Shown one piece after another: positions 53,746-64,000 of a stretch of DNA of 64,000 nt. This stretch comes from Octopus vulgaris (Eukaryota): NCBI GenBank assembly GCA_951406725.2, contig OX597842.1, positions 33,790,001-33,854,000 on the forward strand, read 5' to 3'. Position 1 is the first letter of the stretch, and each line of letters opens with the position of its first letter. The translations under genes were made by a program, and so were the position numbers. The notes beneath the pieces were generated by a model. That model was not told where the DNA came from. It saw only the letters and a program-made list of their open reading frames with translations, and made no database searches.

Positions 53746-54840
53746 AATAATAATAATAATAATAATGAAGTTATTGTATACAGTGCTCAGGTGCACCACA
53801 ACTTGTCAAAAAGTGCGTATAAAAGCATCTGCAGTAATGTAGAAATGGTTGGGAAGTGAAGAGTGTATGAGTCAGATAGATGCTTGCTTGTATGTATGGA
53901 GGGGAGAAAGATCAGGTGTGGTGTTGACGAATCTCAGGAAGGATGGAAGTTTTGAAGGAGGCAATGTGTCCAGGTCTGATTGCAATAAAGATAGTGTACA
54001 GGACCTGTCCTCTTTATTTCGAGGTACAGCTTGATGTCATCTGCATATTTTAGCACAGTGGCATTCTTTAAGTTGGCATCGATGTCATTAATAAATGCAA
54101 CAAATAAAAGGGGGGCAAAAACAGAACCCTGTAGTACACCAGTTGTCATCTCATAGGGTGAAGAATGCTGTCCTAGAACTGTGACAACCTCTTTCCGGCC
54201 GGTAATGAAGGACTTCAACCAGTTATAGAGACCGTCTCTTACACCCATTGCAGAAAGTTTCACCATAAGTCTTTTGTGTGGCACAGAATTAAAAGCCTTA
54301 GCAAAGTCCAGGAAACCAACATCCAGCGTCCCCAAAGTCCATCCCCTCCTCACCGTGGTGGGCACGCTGGCAACGGGTAGTGTCAGAGCTATGCCGTCGG
54401 GAACTTCGATTCCTGGTAGAGCCACCCAAGGCGGATTGGTCTGACACCGAGTGGTATTAGGGCCACAACCCGGCAGACGGGGCTCTGGTGAAAATCCTCG
54501 GAGTGTCTGTTTCGGCAACCGGCGGCTCCTCGGTCGTTCTGTCCCTGCGTTTGCGGAAAATCTGCGGCAAATAGGATGTCTCCACATGCGGGATTGTTGG
54601 GGACCGCTTGTGAAATCCACATATTCCCACAAAACTTCTTCCGGAGAACCTCTCCGTGCTCACGGGACCGCAGGTGGTCGGCCTGCGCCGACGGAACCGT
54701 GACTGGCTCGCTATCTCCAGTGAACTGGCGTAGGACCGTCGTGCGTGGGGTGCCATGGTTAGAGATGCCTCGAGGGTGGTAGAAGAAGCCGACCCAACCC
54801 ACCCAGGGTGAATGTCGCCACAAGTACAAGTACAAGTCCA
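53746..54840 (-). mobile_element. CR1-like LINE remnant with two internal deletions
   Basis: RT core FLDFAKAFNSVPH...GVLQGSVFAPLLF...KYADDIKL at about 53965-54325; ORF2 end ASFKTSILPEIRQHHT*, 3' UTR and (ATT)n tail; Cys/His-containing ORF1-like segment upstream. Confidence 0.85.
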
Positions 54841-55198
54841 GGTAAACAACATCCACCCAGGATGTTAGAACAGAGAAAACCGTGTCATTTACCTTGATAG
54901 AACCTCTCATATGGATGCGTAGGGAATAAAAGCACTCGCATTTTATATCCTTGACACTCAATATAAAGGCAAGAGTCCCCGATAGATATGTATGTATATA
55001 TATTCTTTTATCCTTTTACTTGTTTCAGTCATTTGACTGCGGCCATACTGGAGCACCGCCTCATAGGGTCTTAGTCGGAGAAATCGCCCCCCAGGACTTA
55101 TTCTTTGTAAGCTTAGTACTTATACTATCGAATACATTTTGCCGAGCCGCTGTTCGGCAAACAGGGACATAAACAGACAAACATAGGTTGTCAAACGA

Positions 55199-55392
55199 GG
55201 GCGAGCTGGCAGAAACTTTAGTACGCCGGGCGAAATGCTTAGTGGTATTTCGTCTGCCGTTACGTTCTGAGTTCAAATTCCGCCGAGGTCGACTTTGCCT
55301 TTCGGGATTAAGTACCAGTTTCAAACTGGGGTTGATCTAATCGACTGACCCCTCCCCCAAAATTTTGGGCCTTAGTGCCTTTAGTAGAAAAG

Positions 55393-55439
<47 letters not shown>

Positions 55440-55920
55440 GGCGATGAGGTGGGAGAACCGTTAGCATGCCAAGTGAAATGCTTGGTGGCATTTCGTCTGC
55501 GACTAAATTCTGAGTTCGAATTCAGCCGAGGTCGACTTTGCCTTTCATCCTTTCGGGGTGGCTTAGATAAGTACCAGTTACGCATTGGGGTCGGTATAAT
55601 CGACTTAATCCGTTTGTTTGTCCGTGTTTGTCCTCTCTGTGTTTAGCCCCTTGTGGGTAGTAAAGAAATAGGTATTTTGTCTGCTACTAAGTTCTGAGTT
55701 CAAATTCCGCCGAGGTCGACTTTGCCTTTCATCCTTTCGGGGTCGATTAGATAAGTACCATTTACGCACTGGGGTCGATGTAACCGACTTTATCCCTTCC
55801 CCCAACTTTGATGCGTTGTGCTTCCAGTAGAAAGGATTAAGTACCAGTTGCGTACTGGAGTCCATCCAATCGACTGGCCTCCTCCACATACATTTCGGGC
55901 CTTTGTGCCTAGAGTACAAA
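55199..55920 (+). mobile_element. Cluster of Meta-SINEs including a head-to-tail dimer
   Basis: Heads at about 55199 and 55439; junction taaagaaata|ggtattttgtc at 55670/55671. Confidence 0.9.
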
Positions 55921-55924
55921 AGGA

Positions 55925-56468
55925 ACGCCGGTCCGTCACAGGTGAACTGCAAGATGCAGGAGGAAAGAATGAGAGAAATTTGTGTCGAAAGAGTCAGCAG
56001 AAGCTCGCTCGCCATTACCTTCTGCCGGAGCCGCGTGGAGCTTAGGCGTTTCGCTCATAAACACAAACATCCCCCGGTCTGAGATTCGGACCCGCGATCC
56101 CTCGACTGCGAGTCCGCTGCTCTAACCACTAGGCCATGTGCCTCCACTTACCACAGATATATTGCTTATTTGCTCCTTCTCAAGCCATGCCTGGCTCATA
56201 AGGGCCGGTTTTCCCGGTTTCCTTGGCATATAGGTTCCCCACCTGGACAGGACGCCGGTCCGTCGCAGGTGAGCTGCAAGATGCAGGAAGAAAGAGTGAG
56301 AGAAAGTTGTGGCGAAAGAGCCAGCTGAAAGTTCGCCATTACCTTCTGCCGGAGCCGCGTGGAGCTTAGGTGTTTCACTCATAAACACACACATCGCCCG
56401 GTCTGAGATTCGAACCCGCGATCCCTCGAGCGCGAGTCCGCTGCTCTAACCACTAGGCCATGTGCCCC
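55925..56468 (-). mobile_element. Two tandem family-C SINEs
   Basis: 55925-56148 partial and 56170-56468 full length. Confidence 0.9.
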
Positions 56469-56469
56469 C

Positions 56470-56821
56470 AATATGTGCTTGATTGAGCTGCGGATCTGTC
56501 GTGCGCCCGTGCCACTCGAAACATTGTGCCGTCACCGTAAGCTTACCGAAGCATGTCCGATGTCTCCGTAGCAGAATTCTCAAGATTCACGCAAAATTTC
56601 ACGTTGGCTCTTCGTTCGTGTCCATGACAAAATCGCAGACTACAGCAGACACGTGATCACAAAAACACAAATTTTAGAACTTGCGAAGCAACCATAGCAA
56701 TGTAACTCAGCACACTGCCTCATGAAGGTCACTGCAAGCTCTCACTGGTCACGCAACCCTGTGCTGCCATCTGTTGGCGGGCTACAGATCTTCTACGGGT
56801 ACTTTTTGATATCACCTCGTA
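56470..56821 (-). mobile_element. mariner 5' end with terminal inverted repeat
   Basis: Ends actttttgatatcacctcgta; paralogous to 57398-57781. Confidence 0.8.
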
Positions 56822-56822
56822 T

Positions 56823-57395
56823 TCACTAAGAGTATTTCTTTATTCACCATAAGGTTGAGAAAAAGAGGGGACAAAACAAACGTTGGGGTCAGGGTATCGA
56901 ATGAGACGAAACGTATGAATAAACAAACAATTAAAATATATCCAATTAAATGAGAATGAGTGATTAACAAAAAAATGAAGCGGAGGACGCGGTTGACCCC
57001 ACAAACCACATCCTCACACTGAAGACTTTGCTTTCTCCTTTTTCACATTCTCGATTAAACAGGTTCTTTCACTCGCAACATACTTGCTGTAGACTTCCAT
57101 CTTTTACGAAACACACTTTGCGACAGGCATTTCTTCTCCAGCCTTATTTTCCGTTTCATGTGGAAAACGAAAAAGTCGATTAGCTCGAGACTGGAGATAA
57201 ACATGCCTGTTGCAATTCCTTTTACTCTCGTCTTCCACACTACTTCTTTCGCCATAGCAACTACCGAAAGAAAACAGGCTCGCTCCTCCCTATTCAGGAA
57301 GGTCGGCGGAACTATCTTAATTACAGATTCGCTCGACAGTTGTACTCTTCTCGAATGCGACAGCAGGAGTTCGACATAAGCCCAGAGCTCAGTCA
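56823..57395 (-). mobile_element. L1/Tx1-like LINE 3' end (ORF2 C-terminus and UTR)
   Basis: ELWAYVELLL...VAMAKEVVWKTR...KRKIRLEKKCLSQSVFRKRW...*; UTR ends ccttatggtgaataaagaaata. Confidence 0.85.
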
Positions 57396-57397
57396 CC

Positions 57398-57781
57398 TTA
57401 AGAGATCGCTCATTGGATTCCAGGAACGTTCTTCCGATTTTCGAGCGCCTGTGTCACTGGAAACATTTCGTACGACCCATTGCCTCATCACCATAAGCTT
57501 GCCGAAGTATGCTCAATGTCTCTGTAGCAGAATTCCCAAGTTTAACCCAAAATTTCAAGTCGGTTCTTCGCTCCAACTTCCTGTCCATGACAAAAAATCG
57601 CAGACTACAGTATACACGTGATCACAAAAACACAAATTTCACAACTTGTGAAGTAAACACAGCGATGTCACTCAGCACACTGTCTCATGAAGGTCACAGC
57701 AAGCTCTCCTTGCACGCGTAACCGTGTGCTGCCATCTGTTGGCGCGCTACAGAACTAGTCAGGGAACTTTTTGATAGCACT
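57398..57781 (-). mobile_element. mariner 5' end, transposase N-terminus
   Basis: MDRKLERRTDLKFWVKLGNSATETLSILRQAYGDEAMGRTKCFQ*HRR; third partial copy at about 58005-58130. Confidence 0.9.
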
Positions 57782-58129
57782 TTTTACATTCTTATAAAAT
57801 GACTGCATCTTGAATTCCCGCAATACTAGTTCTTGATTTTTCTTTTAAACATGAACAGCATGGATATGGTTTTTCAGTCCTGCTTGAGACGTATACTCCT
57901 TTGTACAGAAGTGGATTTTTGACGGGCGCCTCTTGCAGTAGGTGTGCGGAGGGCTTACCACCCACAAAACTTTCGCAAAACTTCTTTACATCATGGAATT
58001 TTTTCACTGACTGTTGCGCCTTCGATGACAAAATCACTGACCACAGCCTACACGTGATAACAAAAAACACAGATTTCACAGCGACGTCACTTGGCACACT
58101 GCCTCATGAAGGTCACTGCCAGCTCTCCC

Positions 58130-58401
58130 TGTCTACCAAATCCACTCACAAGGCTTTGGTCAGCCTAAGGCTATAGGAGAAGTCACTGACCCGAGGTACC
58201 TGGCAGTGGGACTGAACCCGGAACCATGAGGTTGGTAAGCAAGCTTCTTACCACACAGCCACTTCCATTCTTTTATACTATTATCGGTTTCAGTGGTATA
58301 TATATATACGACGGGCTTCTTTCAGTTTCCGTCTACCAAATCCACTCACAAGTCTCTGGTCGGCCCGAGGCTATAGCATAAGACACTTGCTCAAGATGCC
58401 A

Positions 58402-58451
<50 letters not shown>

Positions 58452-58873
58452 TACACGATGGGGTTCTTTTAGTTTCCGTCTACCAAATCCACTCACAAGG
58501 CTTTGATCGGCATGAAGCTATAGCAGAAAACACTGGCCCGAGGTGGGACTGAACCCGGAACCATGTGGTTGGGAAGCAAGCTTCTTACCACACGGCCACT
58601 CCTGCGCCTCTATTATATAAATATTTGTTTTTACATTGTAGAGACACATATTCATTGAACATTTACAAGGGTTGACAGTAACCCCGAAGTATTTTCTTTT
58701 CCTACTGGGCTATATATCTGCGCGGATCCAACATTTGTGTGCGTTTCCCTCGTGAATGCTTGGCGGGGGAGGGGGGAGCATTTGCGTTAGCATTAACGCT
58801 AGTGTTTGTTTAAACAGGCATATAGACGTATAAGGGTATGTGTGTGTGTGTGTGGTTTATGTATGCTTAGGTA

Positions 58874-58938
<65 letters not shown>

Positions 58939-59360
58939 TTGCATGTAAATACGAATAGATGTGTGTGTGTGTTTATACACTCTTTTACTCTTTTACTTGT
59001 TTCAGTCATTTGACTGCGGCCATGCTGGAGCACCGCCTTTAGTCGAGCAAATCAAATCCGGGACTTATTCTTTTTGTAAGCTCAGTACTTATTCTATCGG
59101 TCTCTTTTGCCGAACCGCTAAGTTACGGGGACGTAAACACACCAGCAACGGTTGTCAAGCAACACAGACACGCAAACACACTCACACACACATACATATA
59201 TATATACATATATATGACAGGCTTCTTTCAGTTTCCGTCTACCAAATCCACTCACAAGGCATTGGTCAGCCCGGGGCTATAGCAGAAGACACTTGCCCAA
59301 GATGCCACGCAGTGGGACTGAACCCGGAACCATGTGGTTGGTTAGCAAGCTACTTACTAC

Positions 59361-59433
<73 letters not shown>

Positions 59434-59850
59434 GCGTTGCGTGTATATATGAATAAATGTGTGTGTATATATACTCTTTACTCTTTTACTTGTTTCAGTC
59501 ATTTGACTGCGGCCATGCTGGAGCACAGCCTTTAGTAGAGCAAAACGACCCCAGGACTTATTCTATGTAAGCATAGTACTTATTCTATCGGTCTCTTTTG
59601 CCGAACTGCTAATTTACGAGGACGCAAACACACCAGCAACGGTTGTCAAACGATGTTGGCGGGACAAAGAAAGACACATAAACATATATACGGCGGGCTT
59701 CTTTCAGTTTCCGCCTAACAAATCTACTCACAAGTCTCTGGTCGGCTCGAGGCTAAAATAGAATACACTTGCCCAAGGTGCCACGCAGTGGGAATGAACC
59801 CGGAACCATGTGGTTGGTAAGCAAGCTACTTACCACACAGCCACTCCTGC
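58130..59850 (-). mobile_element. Cluster of five family-A SINE copies
   Basis: Partial copies at 58130-58265, 58308-58405 and 58455-58608; full copies at 58980-59362 and 59475-59850. Confidence 0.9.
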
Positions 59851-60857
59851 GTATATGTACACGCATACTTTGTGCATATATATACATATATATTACTATA
59901 TGCATATATATCATTGTGTATGTATACATATATATAGTATGTCTATGTGTGCACATATGTAATGGTTTATATAATGCATATACACATATATATATACATA
60001 TAAAATATGTATATATATATATATATATGTGTATGTATTATGTATATATATATATATGTGTGTGTGTGTATGTATATATATATATATATATATAAACATT
60101 TATATGGGGTGTGTGTATATGTATATATATTGTACATGTGTATATAGCCAGTGTGTATATATGCACAGGGCTTGTTTGTCTCCGTGCGCGCACCATACGT
60201 CGGCTGTGGTGCGCCGTGAGCATGCGCAGTACGTGACTTCAGTGTTGATTTCTTCGATGTCACCTCCTTAACCGAGTTAGCGCAGAGGGCGTGGCCTAGT
60301 TCGCATGCACACATAAATACACACACGCAGAGGTATATAAACACATAGAGAGATAAAGGCCTACAAACACACACACATACATACATACATGCATACACAG
60401 ACAGGCTGACAGACGCTTACACATACATATTCACACACGCGGGGAAAGGTAAATATTCACACGCGTATACACGCGTATACGCACGCACACAAATGTACAC
60501 GCACGCACACAAATGTACACGCACGCACACACGATGAAATGTACACGCGCGCACACACACACACACACAACTCTACACGCGCACAGAAATGCACATACAC
60601 AAATGTACACACACATACAGACACGCACATACAAATGTACACACGCAAATATATACACACACACACACAAATGTAAACATGCACGCACACACACACACAC
60701 ACACACGGATGGATCCATATGCATGCACACGAAAAACCTACACACACATACATACTAACGTACATACACTCTAACACAAACATGTAAACACAAACGTACA
60801 TGCATACACAGACAGACATACGCGAAAAGATTGTCATAAGCGTGTGTATATATATAC

Positions 60858-61253
60858 TCTTTTAATCTTTTACTTGTTTCAGTCATTTGACTGCGGCCAT
60901 GCTGGAGCATCGCCTTCAATCGAGCAACTCGACCCCGGGACTTATTCTTTTGTAAGACCAGTACTTATTCTATCGGTCTCTTTTGCCGAACCGCTAAGTT
61001 ACGGGGACGTAAACACACCAGCATCGGTTGTCAAGCGATGTTGTGGGACAAACACAGACACACACGCGCATACATATATATATATATATATACGACAGGC
61101 TTCTTTCAGTTTCCGTCTACCAAATCCACTTACAAGGCTTTGGTCGCCCCGAGGCTATAGCAGAAGACACTTGCCCAAGGTGCCACGCAGTGGGACTGAA
61201 CCCGGAACCATGTGGCTGGTTAGGAAGCTACTTACCACACAGCCACTCCTGCG

Positions 61254-61256
<3 letters not shown>
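60858..61256 (-). mobile_element. Full-length family-A SINE
   Basis: Complete reverse-complement match. Confidence 0.95.
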
Positions 61257-61334
<78 letters not shown>

Positions 61335-61417
61335 GGCGATATTTATACATACACACATACATATTGAAGTCACTAATGTAAGAATAACATTGTGTTACAG
61401 ATACATACACAAATATT

Positions 61418-61451
<34 letters not shown>

Positions 61452-61511
61452 GAGAGAGAGATATGCTCCAGCATAGCCGTCGTCAAATAGCTGAAACAAG
61501 TAAAGGCATTA

Positions 61512-61670
61512 ATGTGGCTGTGTGGTAAGTAGCTTGCTTACCAACCACATGGTTCCGGGTTCAGTCCCACTGCATGGCACCTTGGGCAAGTGTCTTCTGC
61601 TATAGCCTCGGGCTGACCAAAGCCTTGTGATTGGATTTGGTAGACGGAAACTGAAAGAAGCCCGTCGCGT

Positions 61671-61709
<39 letters not shown>

Positions 61710-61922
61710 TGGAAGAAATACACACACACATACATACATTATCGCTTAACAACCGATGGTGGTGTGTTTACGTTCTTGTAACTTAGCGGGTCGGCAAAAG
61801 AAAACGATAGAATATAAGTACTAGGCTTACAGAGAACAAAGTCCTGGGTGTCGATTTGTTCGACTAAGAGGCGGTGCTCCAGCATGGCCACAGTCAAATG
61901 ACTGAAACAGATAAACGAATAT
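61512..61922 (+). mobile_element. Full-length family-A SINE
   Basis: Complete match; inverted relative to 60858-61256. Confidence 0.95.
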
Positions 61923-61935
61923 ATATAAACAATCA

Positions 61936-61969
<34 letters not shown>

Positions 61970-62271
61970 TTCAGTCATAAACAGAAATATGACACACAGA
62001 TATAGACACATACATACACACACACACACACATTTAGTCACAAGCGCAAATCGGACACATACACACGCAATCATACACACATACACTCATATATATATAT
62101 ATATATATACATACACAGTCACAAACAAAAGGACACATACACACACAATATATTCATATAAATCCATAAATACAAGTTCTACGTATATACATATATATAT
62201 ATATATATGTAGATATATGCAAGTGTGTGTACGTATATATATATATATATATATGTATAGTCATATGTCAC

Positions 62272-62345
62272 CGACCAATCAAATTACAGCTTGGGAAAAA
62301 AAGGGCGGGAATCGAAGTGACACCTCAGTTACTGTCGACCAATCA
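62272..62345. promoter_or_regulatory. Candidate promoter: two CCAAT boxes and an E2F/GC-box-like motif
   Basis: CGACCAATCA twice (CCAAT at 62275 and 62339) around GGGCGGGAA in a unique island. Confidence 0.35.
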
Positions 62346-62439
62346 GCTGTCAGCAGACTTCGTTTAACTTCGGATAGGCTCACAGCATTTGACAAATAGC
62401 TAAATAGCTAGCAATTTGGCAATTTTAACGTCGTTATTG

Positions 62440-62852
62440 CTATTGTTGTTCGGCGTTATGAACTCACCACAACAGACCTATGATCAAGCATGTTCCACCC
62501 GTGACCATCCCACATTTTATTCAGGTATAGTGTATCTAGGACTACATTATCTAATGTATAGTATAGTAGTTAATATTGGAGCCTATGATCGATGTTGTTA
62601 TTTAACCCCAGGTCAGTCCTGATCCATGCAGACCTATGATCAAAAATGCTCCAGCTGTGACCACCACCTCTTATATTCAGGCATAGTGTATCTAGGACTA
62701 CATTATCTAATGTATAGTAGAGTAGGTGGTATCAGTGGTTGTTGCTACTGTTTAGCCCCAAGTCTGTCCTGATCCAGACACACTCATGATCAAAGATGTT
62801 CCAGCCGTGACCATCCCATCTTTTATTCAGGCATAGTGTATCTAGGACTACA
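62440..62852. repeat. Three tandem diverged units of about 150 bp
   Basis: atgatcaa...gtgacca...attcagg.atagtgtatctaggactaca occurs three times. Confidence 0.85.
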
Positions 62853-63053
62853 CTAGTGTGAAACCTGATTTCTATTTTGTTTGTCTATAATCTTCGATTG
62901 TCTTTTAAATTCTAGAGAGGAATTGGTAAATAGAATTTTCGTGGAGAATCGCAAATATCAAAGAATCTTCGAAGAGTGGCCATTGACAGAATATAGGTGG
63001 CGCTATATACCCATTCATTTAGCCATCCATACGTTATATGGAAGTACATGAAC

Positions 63054-63981
<928 letters not shown>

Positions 63982-64000
63982 ACACAGCCACCCCTGCACC

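Overview
AT-rich, extremely repeat-dense eukaryotic non-coding DNA. The SINE families and microsatellite load suggest an octopus (coleoid cephalopod) genome; this is an inference. I found no credible host protein-coding gene, rRNA, functional tRNA or CRISPR array. Almost all ORFs in the supplied track are artefacts of (TA)n/(CA)n/(GATA)n/(AAT)n tracts or of SINEs. The window holds dozens of tRNA-derived SINEs of three types (CORE-like, Meta-domain-like, V-domain-like). It also holds decayed LINE fragments (CR1/Jockey-group, L1/Tx1-like, RTE), Penelope-like terminal fragments with minimal hammerhead-ribozyme motifs, mariner/pogo/hAT remnants, a tandem Helitron-like pair, minisatellites and a few short unique islands with regulatory-like motifs. 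Most interesting signals: (1) a Meta-SINE that repeatedly nests in itself at one fixed GGTA site and shares its 3' tail with an L1/Tx1-like LINE; (2) a full-length SINE flanked by a ~300-bp direct duplication; (3) three minimal hammerheads with covarying stems; (4) a covarying 3' stem-loop shared by a SINE and three LINE-type tails; (5) a ~350-bp-arm inverted repeat enclosing inverted SINEs, a candidate ADAR substrate. All alignments were made by eye and element boundaries are approximate.
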